Positions 48,356 to 63,600 of a stretch of 64,000 bases of DNA are shown here, piece after piece. Position 1 is the first letter of the stretch. Each line of letters starts with the position of its first letter. The DNA is from Paraspadella gotoi (Eukaryota; Animalia; Chaetognatha), in assembly GCA_051294375.1 (NCBI GenBank), contig CM119271.1, positions 1,805,395-1,869,394 of the forward strand. Direction: 5' to 3'. Position numbers and translations under genes: made by a program. The notes under the pieces were generated by a model. That model ran no database searches, was not told where the DNA came from, and saw only the letters and a program-made list of their open reading frames with translations.

Positions 48356-49688
48356 AGAGGGAGACTGAAATGTTTTTTAATGGAATCTGAAAAAAAAGAA
48401 CAAGGAACGGTTTTATTCCAAAGGTGTTGCCGCCGCATTACTTTTCTTTTTACTTATCATGTCATTTATTCCTTATAGTTTATAAGATTTCTTTGATAGA
48501 CATGATGTATTAACCTTTCTTTTCGTTTTGTTAGTTTGATAGTAGAAAAAAACAAGTTTTAATGATTTTTTATAACGAATAATAAGAAAAACAATTTTGT
48601 TATAAAATCATTAAAAATTTGTTTTTCTAATTAAGATTTCTTTAAACGTGGCGCCAGTAGTCACTTAGATTTGATTTTTACAAATGAGCAACAAACTATA
48701 AGCATTTTTAACATAAGTGGGTCAACCGACGAACAGATATACCGACGGACGACCGACCGACGACTGACCGAAAAGTGACTTATTGAGTTGCTCCTCGAGT
48801 ACTCGCGGCGCACACTACAAAACATAACGAAATGTTTATTAAAGTTAAATATACCGGACGCGTTTCTGCTCTATTTTGTCAATTTTTTTTTTTGATAAGA
48901 TTAATTAATGTCTCACATATTAATAATTTTATTCTTATGCGATTCCTTAAACAAGTTTTCTTTCATTCCAAAGTTATCTTTAAAATCTTTAGAAAGTTTA
49001 ATTTTTTTTTTTATTCACGAAATGTTTTTGACATTAAAAATGCTCTTTTAATAATTACACTATCATCATTGTTGCATTTTTAAATATTCCATACTGATAC
49101 GGTTTCTCTCTCCCCATTTTTTTTCTCGCGATCAGACTCCTCGTAATTTCAAAAAAATTATACTCGGTCATACACAGTGACTTTTTTACACAGTGACTTT
49201 TTTTCGTTTCCTACTTTATTGTCTTTTGCTTTTTGCAATTTATGTTTAAAAGTCTAATGGCACAAACTTTTTTAAACTTCTCGCGTACTGCAATATGCAA
49301 ATGAGATTAAGAGAAAAACTTTTGACTTTAATCGAGCGGAGCTCGCACAGATACGACCGGCGAGGGGCTGAAAAGAGTTGAAAGACGAGTTCCAACCAGA
49401 AACGAAGGGTGGAGATGCGATGAGAGAGAAGAGAAGCCGAGATGAGATAGAGGGAATGACAAGAGGAGAGATGGACGAGAGAGAGATGAAGAGGTGACAG
49501 CACGAAGGGAGAGNNNNNNNNNNNNNNNNNNNNNNNNNNNNNNNNNNNNNNNNNNNNNNNNNNNNNNNNNNNNNNNNNNNNNNNNNNNNNNNNNNNNNNN
49601 NNNNNNNNNNNNNNNNNNNNNNNNNNNNNNNNNNNNNNNNNNNNNNNNNNNNNNNNNNNNNNNNNNNNNNNNNNNNNNNNNNNNNNNN

Positions 49689-49724
<36 letters not shown>

Positions 49725-50590
49725 AGAGGGAGACTGAAATGTTTTTAATGGAATCTGAAAAAAAAGAACAAGGAACGGTTTTATTCCAAGGTGTTGCGCC
49801 GCATTACTTTTCTTTTTACTTATCATGTCATTTATTCCTTATAGTTTATAAGATTTCTTTGATAGACATGATGTATTAACCTTTCTTTTTCGTTGTTAGT
49901 TTGATAGTAGAAAAAACAAAGTTTTAATGATTTTTTATAACGAATAATAAGAAAAACAATTTTGTTATAAAAAATCATTAAAAATTTGTTTTTCTATTAA
50001 GATTTCTTTAAACGGTGGCGCCAGTAGTCACTTAGATTTGATTTTTAACAAATGAGCAACAAACTATAAGCATTTTTAACATAAGTGGGTCAGACCGACG
50101 AACAGATATACCGACGGACCGACCGACCGACCGACTGACCGAAAAGTGACTTATTGAGTTGCTCCTCGAGTACTCGCGGCGCAACTACAAAACATAACGA
50201 AAGTTTTAAAAGTAAAATAACCGGACGCGTCTGCTCTATTTTGTCAATTTTTTTTTTTTTTTTGAAAGATTAATCTTGTCCAATTATAATAATTCATTCT
50301 TATGCGTATTCCTTAACAAGAGTTTCTTTCATTCCAAAGTTATCTTTAAAATACTTTATGAAGTTAATTTTTTTTTTATTCACGAAATGTTTTTGACATT
50401 AAAATGCTCTTTTTAATAATTAACATATCATCATTGTTGCATTTTTAAATAATTTTCCATACTGATACGTTTCTCTCTCCCCATTTTTTTTTTCTCGCGA
50501 TCAGACTCCTCGTAATTTCAAAAAAAATTATACTCGGTCATACACAGTGACTTTTTTACACAGTGACTTTTTTTCGTTTCCTACTTTTTT
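48290..50590. repeat. Gap-flanking duplication (48290-49215 vs 49689-50590; 47930-48052 vs 49245-49367)
   Basis: Colinear near-identical blocks on either side of the N gap at 49514-49688. Confidence 0.85.
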
Positions 50591-51075
50591 CTTTCTTTCC
50601 TTTTCATAATGATTTTTGGCTATTTTTTTTTCACTGACTATTGTGACTTTAGTTTAGGCTAATTTCTTTATTGAATTTAAAGTGACTATCGCCTATGTTA
50701 TTTTTTGCAGTGACTTTTTGGCCATTTGTTTTCTCGTTTTTGCCTATTTTTTCACAGTGATTTTTGTCTTTTCTTCACAAAATCTTTCACTAATTGAGGT
50801 TTTTCTCGCTCGAGAAAAAGTCGCGAAAATCAATTACCTAAAAACCTAATTTTTTCCGAATTTAAATGAATTTTAAAATTGAAACAAATGAACGTTGATC
50901 ACATGGGTTTTCAGTCTCGATTTTTTATTTTGTTTTTGGTTTGGAAAATTTGACTAATATCTTTATAAATATTAAACTTATGCATGGATTATTTTTAAAC
51001 TAAAATTTGAACGCAACCGAAACTGATTTCGTTTCAATTCCCTTGATACATTCTAAAACCTTCATAAAAACCTGA

Positions 51076-51121
<46 letters not shown>

Positions 51122-51665
51122 TCTCTCTCTCTCTCAACGCTTTTCCATCACTCGGCAACAATTGATAACAGTTTTCAACACTCAACCCTAATCCCCTTAT
51201 TGCTCAGGTTTTAATCCGTGTTCATTCACATTTCAACTCACAGCCGAAGATCAACTTCACTTCTTCAAATCACTCTCCTTCCCACAGCCCCTTTAATATA
51301 GTAATTGCTCTTTCTTTCTGTTGCGCTCAATTTTTCAAGAATCCCGAGAACTGACGACTGATCTCATTTTTAACTTTTTTAATAAAACATGAGTTAAACT
51401 TGTTTTGAACCGCTCACAATGTCGATGACAACTAGTACAATAATTCTTTCCAGAATTCAAATTATAAACTTAAACTCCCAAGAAAAATCCCCAAGTAAAT
51501 AAATCATTATAACTTTAAAATCATTAAATCATCACCTTATTTCCCGTTAATCAATTCTCACTCAATCAAGCGAGAAGCACTTTATATATCATCACTTACT
51601 TCAACTCAGGCCACCGAACATCATCCAAATCCGTTATCATTTCTCGACTCATTCACCCATAATCC

Positions 51666-51845
<180 letters not shown>

Positions 51846-52040
51846 ATCACAATCGTTTTCCATTAACGAAGTCGTTAAATTCCCTCTCGATCTTCTCACG
51901 CCGAAAAGAAAAAAACTATAGCAACTTTTCACAAAAATATATAATTTAGTATAATATTAAAAAAAAGAAGAAAAGAAAAGAAAAGAAGAGAAGAGAAGAG
52001 AATGGGATTTAAAAATTGTTCGAAAATTAACTCGTTAAAA

Positions 52041-52164
<124 letters not shown>

Positions 52165-52916
52165 AAGTTATTTTCTTCCTCCGGCGATGGAATGACTCTT
52201 TCACCCTTGTTTCCGCAAGGAAATTCTGTTCGTGTATTCCTGAAATTAAGTTTTAATACTAATATTTAACTCTAATGTATTATTAAACCTATTATTCAAT
52301 CTTTAACCTTAATACATAATCTTAACCATATCTTTAACCCTAATCAAAAACCTAATCCCAAACTCGATTGCTTCACCTAATCTCCGACCTTTGTCAAAAT
52401 TTTAAAAATTAATTCGGTTTTGAATTTAAAATAAAATAAGCCGTTCTGGGAAAATATAGCCTGAAAGGGAACGGGAGGGGTAAAAAATTGAAAATGGGGT
52501 AAAAGATGGAAAAAAAGGAGGAAAAATGGTTGTCGCTCATTTCCCCATTTCAAACGAATCAAAAGTTGTTTAGACAATGTTTAAATTGTCTATTTCGAAT
52601 ATTTTTCTTTGGCCCGATTTCTAGCGTCTTGTAAAAAAAATCACATAAGGAGTCCTTTAAAATTTTAGTACTGTAATTTTTTTTAAATATATCGTGAAAG
52701 TCTTCACTGGGAAAAAAAAAATCTTCCAGACGTCGAGTGATTTCTTGACTCGAAGCAAAAAAAAAACATCGATTGTTTTTCACCAAAAGCCTCAAGTGAT
52801 GTTCACTATTTCACCCCCTCCCCCCCCTATCTCCCTCTCGCCTCCCCCCTCTCTCCATCTCACCTCCTCCCTCTCCTCCCCCCTTCCGCCCCCCCTTTCA
52901 TTCGTCTCCCGATTTG

Positions 52917-52952
<36 letters not shown>

Positions 52953-54676
52953 TCGATCAATAAAAATTTAAATAAAAGAAAGATAAGTAAATCTACCATC
53001 TTATCGTTATCGTCCAGTGATTAAAATATATTCGCGGCTTTTATCGATGATATATTTTTCTTCGCGGCCACGAATCGGTTCACACAATGTTTTAAAATAA
53101 ACAAAATAACGCCCAAGTCTAAATGAGGAAGATATTTCTTTAAAAAGATTGTGGTTGGAAATACGACAAGACTTTGAATTAAAGGTTAAGAAACTATGAA
53201 AAGCTTGAAGAATTGATGTTCTCACGCAAAAATGCGTAGGTCAGAGGGACATTTTGCGATTCTGGTATTTGCCACTTGGGTTTAAAGAAGCCATCTGGTA
53301 AAATGATTGGATAGGGTAAGTCTAAAGGAACGTCTCACTCGCTCGCAACGGGACCGAAAAAAAAAAATCATAAAAAAAAGAAAATTTTCTAGATAAAAAT
53401 ATCAAATTTTCGCTCAAAGAAATGAAAGAAAGATTCAAAAAAATTGACGTCTTCAAAAAAAGAAAAAAAGAAAAATTAAGAGTTGAGTCACTTGAAAAAT
53501 CTTTGACAGTTTTTTTTTTCTTCTTTTCTACCAAAAACTCTTAATCGCCGAAAGAAGAAATTATTTTCCTTTTTAACTCTTTTTATTCCTTTAATTCTTT
53601 ATTTTCTCATCCATTTTTCTTTTATTTTTTGAGAAAAAAAATGAAAGTTTTTTATAGTATTTCTATCTTCTTAGAACATCCATTCGTTTCGGTTTAACAA
53701 ATTTTAAAAGAGAGAATTGAACAAATATTTTTTTTTTCTGCTCGACTTTTTTCGTCACGATACGCAGCTCATCTCGTATACGCTACGCTATTCTATTTTG
53801 ACATTACGTATTCGCTGATGCTACGCTTCGACAAGCGTAATTTGTTAGTTAGAATATCTCTAGGGTTAGATGCTAAATATATTTTTTCTCGTTATCGTTA
53901 ATATATATTATATATCTATATACTTCGTTTCAACTTGTTTATTCCATTTCATAGGACCTTCACGAAGTTATCATAAAGTCACACCGTATTTTATATTGGA
54001 AAAAAGATAAGGGTAAGAAAAAAAATTAATACAGGATCCGTTTCTTAATTTATAAAACGATCGACTTTATACACGTATTAGTTTGTATTAATGCTTTTTT
54101 TCTACGAAACAAATTTAAAAATGGTAATACTTAATTTTTTTTTCCTGGCACGATTAAAACGTCTTATCTTAAAGAATTACATTTTTTTTCTAAAATATTT
54201 TTTTCTTAAGCCGGCGAAATACTTTTAAGAGATAAACTCTTTGCTAAAGACATTAATAACGTAACTGATGAGTTTTTCTTGATAGGAAAAAATAAATAAA
54301 AAAACGGGGGCTCGTGAAAATAAAAAAAAACCGAGTGATAATTTTTTGCCAGTGACGTTAAATTTTGGTCGCTTTTTCGTGAAAAAAATAGGAAAGCGAG
54401 GAAAATCACTACTTGTGTCTCCGGTGAATTTTGTGATTGTTTTTGAAAACTCTTTCTTCAATGAAATTTTCCCAATTCCGTTTTCTATCTTTTATTTTAA
54501 AATTCTGCGATATTTCACTGGCTAAACCGATTACAATTTTTCTTACATTGATCTATAGCTCTCAGAAAATATATCCTTAGAGCTAAACTAAATATCATGG
54601 TTTATTTGAAGCTAGAAAGTGTGAAATTTTTTTCATCTACCGCAGCGAACAGGATTTTTAATATCTTTTTAAAATA

Positions 54677-54710
<34 letters not shown>

Positions 54711-54938
54711 ATAACAATAAAGCATAGACAGAGTGACGACTGACGACAACTTTGATAAAGACATAACCTTAGAAAAACAAAATTGACCTTTATAATAAAA
54801 ACACGATTATTATAGTATATAAACATAAGAAACAACGTCTATATAGAGAGATGCCGTACAACTCTTTACATTTTATAATTCACCTGGAAAAATTTCTATC
54901 TGTAATCAAAGGAAATTAACCACGTGCAATCTTACTGA

Positions 54939-55000
<62 letters not shown>

Positions 55001-55282
55001 TTTAATTGGAGACGTCATTTTTTCCGCCGATTGCGTGATTTCCGCTCGATGTGCATCACGGGTATTCGGCATTCCTAAAGTTCGTCGTTTGCTTCATTAA
55101 GTTTATTTGTTATTTTTAATTTAAATTTAATATAAAATTTCTTCAAATAGTTTATTCTTGTTTATTTTTGATGATTTTTTTTTTGTTTTTTTTTTTTAGT
55201 TTTTATGCATGAATATATTGAACAATCTTTTTTTTCCTTTTCTGAGAATTTTTCAATAAAACTGGCATCTTTTTTCGTTAAG

Positions 55283-55863
55283 CGTCCGGAATGAAGGATT
55301 TTGACGCCGCTTCGGAACCGGCGACGACGACAACGACGCCGTCAACTAAGATGACGCCGCCATCGCCAACCGACGCCGCTTTTTTAGATTCGGAGGCGAC
55401 GACGAACTCGACGTCGCCGACGCCGCCATCCTCGCCAACTCCTCCTCCTCCTCCTCCTCCTCCTCCTCCACCGCCAACAATTAAGACGAGATCGCCGTCA
55501 CCTCCGCCGCCGCCACCGCCGCCGCCGCCGCCGCCGCCGATAGCTTCGTCAACACCAAAGACTAACAGTTGGATCGAGGGCGAAAACAACAACAACAACA
55601 ACGACAACCAAAAAGACGCCGGCAGCGATAAAAACAACAACGACGCCGATATTTCCGCCTTCGCCATGAAGGACGCCGCTCGAAACGGCGACGAGGACTT
55701 CCGCGACGCCGCGGCGCGGAAAGACGCTGGCGACGTCGTCGAGGTTCCATCCGACGCCGAGGACGCCGCTTTTGAAGAGGATGGCGGCGGCGGCGGAGGG
55801 TGCGACGCCGCTAGCAGAAGAAGATTAGAATTCGACGGAATCGCAGGCGAGGATGAAGAATAA
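55283..55863 (+). CDS. Probable exon, Pro/Thr/Asp-rich disordered protein ending RRRLEFDGIAGEDEE
   Basis: Acceptor-like ttttttcgttaag, a GC-rich 190-aa frame with GAC/GCC codon bias, and a stop at 55861-55863. Confidence 0.5.
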
Positions 55864-57172
55864 AAAAAAGAACAACGGCGGGAAAAACAAAAACTGATGC
55901 TCCCTCTATTTCCAGAGGACAACTTTAACCACCCTCTCCCATTAATAATATAATATTTTCAGATTTAGATTTTTAAAAACCAAAATTAATACGAAATAAT
56001 AATAATAAAAATAATATAAATAATAGATACGTATAGAATTTGTAATAAATAATTTTAATGAATGTGATAAAATCTCAAACTTAAATTAGTGAAACAAGTA
56101 ATTTTGAAATTTTCATAAACGGAAAGAAAAGAAGGATATGAAAATAGAAAATGGGGAAAGAAAAAGACAGCAAAAAAAAAACAAAAGAAAAAAGAAAGAG
56201 AAAAGAGAAAAAGTAAGACAAAAAGAAAGAAAAAGCGGAAAAAAAGAAATTGACTCAAAAAAAAAAAAGAAAAATGACAAAGAAAAGACAAAGACAAAAT
56301 AAAGAAGGAAAAAATAGAATAAGGAAAAAAATAACGAAAAAAAGAAAGAAATAGTAAGAGAGATACGAAAAAAAACATGAAAAAAAAGAAAGAAAAAAGA
56401 AACGTTTTCTTATACAATATTTTGGAGCGATAGGATTGCAAATTCGTTCCCTCTATTTCCATTTTGGTTCCATTTTCTCACCTTATAAATTTTCCTTTTT
56501 TTCATGCTTTTTTTTTGGGGGGGGGGCTTTTATTTCTTTTTATCTTCTAGTTTTTTCTCATTCCTTCTCTTTTTGGCTTTATCTTCCGTGAGCGTCCCCT
56601 TTCAGCTAAAATTAAGAATTTTGAAAAATTACAAGATTACTTAATATATTTTATTTAACTAAATTAAATAAAAATTTGATTATAAATATAAAATTTGAGT
56701 ATATTTTATATAAGTATTATTTATTTAATATTTAATAATATTATGGGGAGAGGGATGTTAGTGTTATCTTCTGTAAAGAGGGAGCAACTATACAACGTTT
56801 CTTTGAAAATAAAGGAAGCATCTATAAAAGTTTAAGTTTAAAGATTAAATTAAAGATTAAGAATTAGGACTATGATAAGGATTAGAGTTAAGGATTAGAG
56901 TTAAATACTTAGTTAAGGATTAGGGTTAAGGATACGTGTTAAGGTTTATGATTAAGTTTAATGCTTAAGATCAAATATAAAATAAATAATATAAAATTAG
57001 ATTCAGTGATTAGGAACAGAAATGAGGCGCTTCCAGAACATAGTACCCTCTTTTTATAACATTTATCAATTTTTTTTTCAATTACTTTTTATTCATATTT
57101 TAGACTTTTCCCAATTTTATATTTATTTTCTTCTGATGCCATCTCAACGATGAACAAAAAATATTTAAAGAT

Positions 57173-57268
<96 letters not shown>

Positions 57269-57468
57269 CGTGTGTTTGACAAACCACAAACGGCTGTTTT
57301 TATGCATTATCCGACCCATTGCGTCCGACTCTTTCCTCCTTCATCCGTTTTTTATGATTTTATATAACCTCTTTCCTTCTTTTGTCTAACGCCTCCTACA
57401 CGTAATGTTTTTTTTTATTCGAATTTATTATTCAAACGAATGTCTTTTGTTTCCCTTTTACGACTCAG

Positions 57469-58603
57469 GGACCGACTCAAGAGCCTCTAGCGGAACCGAA
57501 GAAGAACAGACGCCTCCTAGCGAGGTAAGAAAAACGATCGTAACGAGATACATATATATATACATATATATACGTATAAGAGCAATAATTTAAATTTATT
57601 TTTCTGATGGCGGAAAGTTTTGGCAAGAACTAAAATGTTTAGGGATTTTTTCTGGATCTTTACGGAAAGAAAATTTTTAATTTATAATATTGCTTGGGAA
57701 AAATTAATTTATAAGAATTATGAGGCGCTTCGTCGCTTTTCTTTTTTTTTTCTTTTCTTTTCTTTTCTTTTCTTTTCTTTTCTTTTCTTTTCTTTTCTTT
57801 TCTCTTCTTTTCCCTTCTTTTCTTCTACTCTCGTATTCTTCTACGTTTAAAATGACAAGCCTCTAGCCCTCTACGCGTGACAACAAACCATCATTCCAAT
57901 ACTCATCCAATTGGCGAAGTAGTTTCTTAGTTTCTTTTAAAACGCATCTGCCACCTGGTTGCTCTAAAATTAGATTTCATCAGAGCTAATGTTCCTTTAT
58001 TTCATCCCGCAGCCGAAACGAGGCCCGCAGATTAAAGCGACCTCTGCGCTCCTGCCTTTCATTTTCGGAACTTCGGCGAACAAAAGGTAAAATGATGAGA
58101 TTGAGATTAGTTTGGTTTAATTATTAATAACTTGTAGAAAATTAAAGGAAAGAAAAAGACACTATTAAAATCATTAAAAATCTAACTATAATATATTAAC
58201 ATATTAAAACATATATGAAAATTAAACCAAACGAAAAATGCAAACTTTTGTTTTCCCGCAGCGCCATCGGGCAGCGTCGCAGCGTCAGCTGCCGAACGAC
58301 GCCGACGCCGTCGCCGACGTCGTCCCTGCGTCAGACGCCGCGGGTGGGCGTGGCCCAAGGCGGCGCCAACGACATCAAACGCCATCACAGCGCCAGACGA
58401 GCGACGACGTCGCCACGTGCGACGCCGTGGGGAGGATGGGCCACGATGACGACGACGACGCCAGAGAGAGCGGCGCCAGAGAGAGCGGCGTGGTTGAACG
58501 CCGGAAAAACGGCGCCGATTTCCAGGAGGACGGCGTCGGTGGCGGGTGTTGAGGTGGAGGAGAGAGGAAGAGGAGGTGGGGGGAAGATGGGTGAGTAACT
58601 GAG

Positions 58604-58673
<70 letters not shown>

Positions 58674-61600
58674 GAGAGAGAGAGAGAGAGACTTGATCGA
58701 TAGATTTTTTCCGAAGAAAAAAAAAACACTTTCTAAATTCAGACGGAAGACGCGCGTGGAATTCCGTTGCGACGCCGAGAATTCAAGATGGCGCCCCAGC
58801 GTAAGAGATTGATTGATAGCTTGATTGATTGATTGATATCACGATTGAATGATTGATTCAGTTATTTATTGACCGATTCTTGTAGTGATGTTTTTATTTC
58901 ATATTTTATATAGATACATCGATTGATTAATTGATCAATGGTTAGATTAATTGATTGATTGATTGATTCATAGAATAATTATATAATTATATATTAATAT
59001 TATATAAAATTGATAATTATATCTTGAAATATTTCTCTTCGCCTCTCAAGGCCTTTAAAACCTTGTCCGCTTAAAATTACCTCCGGCCCATAATTAGTTG
59101 GACGGACTTAATTCCGAGGTCGCGTAATCAATTATTCTGCTCGAGAAGAAAGTTTTTAGTTGCGCGGCGAGTACTCTCGGAGTAACTCTATAAATCACTT
59201 TTCGGTCGGTCTGTCGGTCCGTCGGTCATTCCGTCGGTATGTCTGTCTTAATTGCGTTAAAAATGCATATAATATCCCTATTGTTGGTTGCTCTTTTGTT
59301 AAGACAGAAAAAACCTCAAATCTAAGGGACTGCAAGCGACGCCTTTAGGAAATCCTAAAACTAAAATAGAATAAAAGACAGAATTTTGATGCAGCGCATG
59401 TCATAAATACACGGGCTAAGAAAGTTATTGTAATCATGTCGTCACGTTATGTCATGTCATGTCACGTAATGTCATGTCACGAGAAATACACGTGATTAGG
59501 CAGTCACTGCGGCGCAACACATTTGAATTACCGTTCTTGTTTAAAAGTTTCTTCTTCCTTTTTTTTTCTCACGTCCTTGCTTTCTTTTTTCCATTTTTTT
59601 TTTCGTTCCCAAATTCTCTCCCAACTTAATCTCACTTTATTTGGGTCAATCTAATCTCCTTTTTTTTCGGTCACACTTAATCTCCTTATCGCAACGCCCT
59701 CCCCCTATCCCCTCACTTTAGTCTCCTCACAAATCATCAAGACCAATCCCCAATCCCCAAAGACTTTTCTCAAAAACCCCTACATCTCTCACCCCCTCAC
59801 CGTAACAACCCGCAACAGTGTCCCCCCTCGTCCACTTCCCAAAACGCCGACGACGCCGCGAGAGAGACAACCGGATCGCGGCGCCGGCGTCGGCCGAACC
59901 GGCGTCGGTGGGCGCGCCGCTAAGATCGGCCCTTCGGTTTACTTCGCTTCTTTGTGCAAAAGGATGACGAGGGACGGAAGGCCGAATCACGAAGAGGTGG
60001 GTCCTGCGGAAATGGGGGACGGAGGCGAGTTAGCGTTGAGCGGAGACTGAGGTGAGGTAATCCAGGGCAATTAGCGGGTGGGGAAGGCGCTAAGTGGGCC
60101 GAAGAGGAATAGCTGCAACTTCTTTAGTCCCCTCTAGCGGCCATGGAACGGGTCCTGGGCTCGGAACCAGGCTTGAGGGTTTTCCAGGCCCCCCAAGGCG
60201 GTTTACGCCCGTCCTCACGCTTCCCGCAGGGAATCGATCCCAGTTTCAGATGGTACAGATCGTCAAGAGCTGATTGTATTACTGTGACTGTGAGATTGTG
60301 AGCCACCGGGTCGCTACAATGGATTACGTAAGGGGGAAATTGTTCTTTCCCCGAAGATTCTAGGTAATATTCCAAAAACCTAATCTAAATTTATTATTAA
60401 ATTCCTTAATTTTAAAACGTTTTGACTGACGCGTCAATAAAAAGTTGTCTTTTGACAATATTGATTTGAGCGAATCTCTCCTGTTTTAATTCTAAGTCAC
60501 TGAAACCCCTATCCGGCTTAAAAATAGAGTCTGACTCAGCCAATCAGAAATCTCGAAACCCTCAGATCGCTCTCACGTTTCAAAATTTCTCTCAGCCCAA
60601 AATAAACAGTAAAAAAATGGGGAGGAAAAAAAATTCCGATTATAAAAAAAAAGTAATAAAATATCAGAAAACAATTTTTGTTTTTAAATATTTAAAAAAA
60701 GAAAAGAAAACATTTATTCGCGCGATAAAAAAGAAACAAAACGAGGGAGGATTTTTCGTCGGGCCTTTGTTTACAAACAATAAACCCTTTATTTCTTGGG
60801 CTTTAAATCTTTTCAAACCCTTGTTTTAGGAGACAGGGAAAAAAGGAGAAAATTTGCTTTTTGGACGAGAAAAAGAAAGGGAAAAATAGAAAGGATTGTA
60901 AAGAGAAAGAAAAAAAGAAAGGATGAAAGAAAGAAAGAAAAAAAGTTTTTCTCATTCGTACGTTTTCGGGCCCAAATTGTAAGGTTGCAAAGTTTTTAAC
61001 AAATTTCAAAAATTATTTTTAAATTTTAAAAAAATATGTAATCAATTATTTTAACAATAAATTACGTAATGCTTCATTATAAACCCTAATATCGCCGGGT
61101 GAATATTTCCATGAAATCGCCCAAACCAACTTATCACATTATTTTTTTTTCTTTTTTTCTTTTCCCTTTTTTTATTTTTCTTTTGCTTTCTACTTTTTAT
61201 TTTTGTTTTCCAGCTCATTATTTCTCTCTTTTCTCTTGGCCAACAAATTTTCGAATCTGAAATTTTTTTTTCTTCTGATCCTCAAAAAAAAATGCTGGTT
61301 ATCTCTGAAAAACAGCGAAGGAAAGGAACATTTGAAAAAAAGAGGAACATTTTAACCGATTTTATTCGCGATGCTGGAATAATTTTTTTCGCTTTTTTCG
61401 GATATTGTTTTCACTTTTTTGTTTCATAAATTCAAATTCATACAACAAGAAAACTGGTTAGTTTAAAGTGTTGCATTACTAGTTTATACAAGTATGAAAT
61501 ATAAGCGCAACTATCAAACAATACTTCACCTCTCTACAAAGTACTAGTAACTAAAATTAGTTTAACATAAAATATTAGGAGAAAAACAGTTTTTGTTTGA

Positions 61601-62641
61601 CAACGATTTATTTGACATAGTTTAGTCAGACATGTTTCGGCTCTTTCACTTAGAGCCTTCAACACTGATCAAGGCTCTAAGTGAAAGAGCCGAAACATGT
61701 CTGACTAAACTATGTCAAATAAATCGTTGTCAAACAAAAACTGTTTTTCTCCTAATACCTCAAAAACAACGAAAAGAGAGTATATACATAACATAAATTA
61801 TAAAAAAAAATATTTTGAGGCTATACGAGAGTGTTTTTAGATAATCACGTAAGCGCCTAATTACTAAGTATAAATAAAAATCAAATACCATTACCTGAGC
61901 TATATATATAAACATTTAAAATATAAGTGAAACGGACCGACCGACCGAAAAGTTGCTTTTCGAGTTACTCGGCGAGTTCTCACGGTGAAATTAAAAAAAG
62001 TCAACATCATCCGATTCTCTCTTTTATTTTTTTTTCATCCAAGAAAAATTGACTTTTAAATTCGGATCGTTTGTCATTCGCCGCCATTTTTGTCTAAAAA
62101 TGGGGGAAAAAAGGGGAAAAAAATAAAAAAATAAAAAAAAGATTGAAAACAAGCTTTCTTGATGCATCCTATTTTTTTTTTTTGCCGCGTCTTTTGTTTT
62201 GTTTTTATATTGATATAATTGTTTCGTTTTTATTACTTTTTAAACTTTCAGCTGTTTTTTTTTAAATTCTATAAAGTATAAAACATTAAAAAAAATAAAA
62301 ATGTTTGTAATTTTCTTCAGTTAAACCTTCGCCTTTCGTCTAGTTCACTTAATTATTGTGTGTCCTCGTAGCGGTAAAGTGGTAAGCCAGCAGTTTTTAC
62401 AACCATTGAGATTTTCATAATGAAGTGGCTCCTCCTTTAAAAAAAGATTTTTCATGGCTTTTTGTACGTGACCATAATTAATCAAACATAATTTAAAATA
62501 TAAACATCGTTCTATTTTATTAAAACTTTATTAATAGAGACGCTGAATAAACTACAAATTCCTCCTTGGATGAATCCTCATTTTCACAAAGTGACTTTTC
62601 CAATTTATCAAAACGACTCGTTACCTTCGCCAATAACTCTC

Positions 62642-62733
<92 letters not shown>

Positions 62734-63600
62734 ATCTCGAGTGACTCTTCACGTCGACACTCCAACTCTTTGTGAATCCAACTCCTCAAATCACTTCACA
62801 AAACACTCTCTATCCCTCCCTCTATCCCTGCCTCTATCCTCTCACTATCCTCTCACTATGCTCCGCCCCCCTAACCTCCTCCCATCCACCTCTTCCCCCC
62901 ACCTCGGTCGCCCAATCAGCCTCCCGGGCCCCTTACGAACCCGACACAAAAGGGGCGCCCCTGACCGAAGCCGATCGCGCTCACCACGCCCCCTAGGGCA
63001 CGAAGACGTGCCGTCTCGGCCGGCGTGCCTCGGACACTCTTCGCCACTTACTCCCATCTCGCCATTTAATCCAGTCGCTTCTTCCTCCCCTCGCTCTTCT
63101 TCCTCGTCACTCTCCTCTCGCCGGGCTGAGACGGCGTCCGCCGCCACTCCGCACCCCTTCCGCCGACCCAACCCCTCTCCGCCCCCACCGCCGCTCTGCC
63201 GCCGACGCCACATCCTCCAACACCCTCCCTCCCACTCTCCTTCGCCCCCAACTCCCCCTCATTCTTCCCTCCCTCCTCTCCTTCTTCTTCCCTTCTCCTT
63301 CCATAATCTTCACCCAATCTTCTTCCCCTCCCTCCCTCCTCCTCTTCTCCTCCTCTCTCCTCCTCCTTCCTCCACTTTCTCCTCCCATCTCCCAAAGGAT
63401 CTCGTCCGACGTTTCACCAAAACTCATTTCCTCTTTCCTCCCTCCTCCTCCTTCTCCTCCTCCTCCTCCTCCCCTTCTTCTCAGCTGGAGTCGCTTTACA
63501 TCGATCTTCTTTCGACCGTCAACTTTCAATTCGGCGTCGTCAAGGCGACGGCTACGACGACGACGAGGAAAGGATCGACGACCTCGTTGACGATGAGACG
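57469..63600 (+). CDS. Multi-exon low-complexity gene (exons ~57469-57524, 58013-58087, 58262-58591, 58743-58800, 59819-60051, ~62900-63600), unidentified
   Basis: A series of GC-rich islands bounded by pyrimidine-tract AG acceptors and GTAAG/GTGAG donors. No domain recognised. Confidence 0.45.
60090..60315 (-). mobile_element. tRNA-derived SINE
   Basis: Same family as 45990-46205: GACCCGGTGGCTC head, GGGATCGATTCC B box and shared ccatggaacgggtcc body. Confidence 0.7.
61573..61757. repeat. Perfect 87-bp inverted repeat with 11-nt loop, containing minimal hammerhead-like motifs (Penelope-like terminus)
   Basis: Arms are 61573-61659 and 61671-61757. The loop and right arm read CTGATCAA-GGCTCT-aagtgaa-AGAGCC-GAAACATGTC. 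Confidence 0.85.

Noticed and set aside
55278-55922. 214-aa Gly-rich minus-strand ORF
   Set aside because: It is probably the antisense of the plus-strand Pro-rich exon, which has a proper acceptor.
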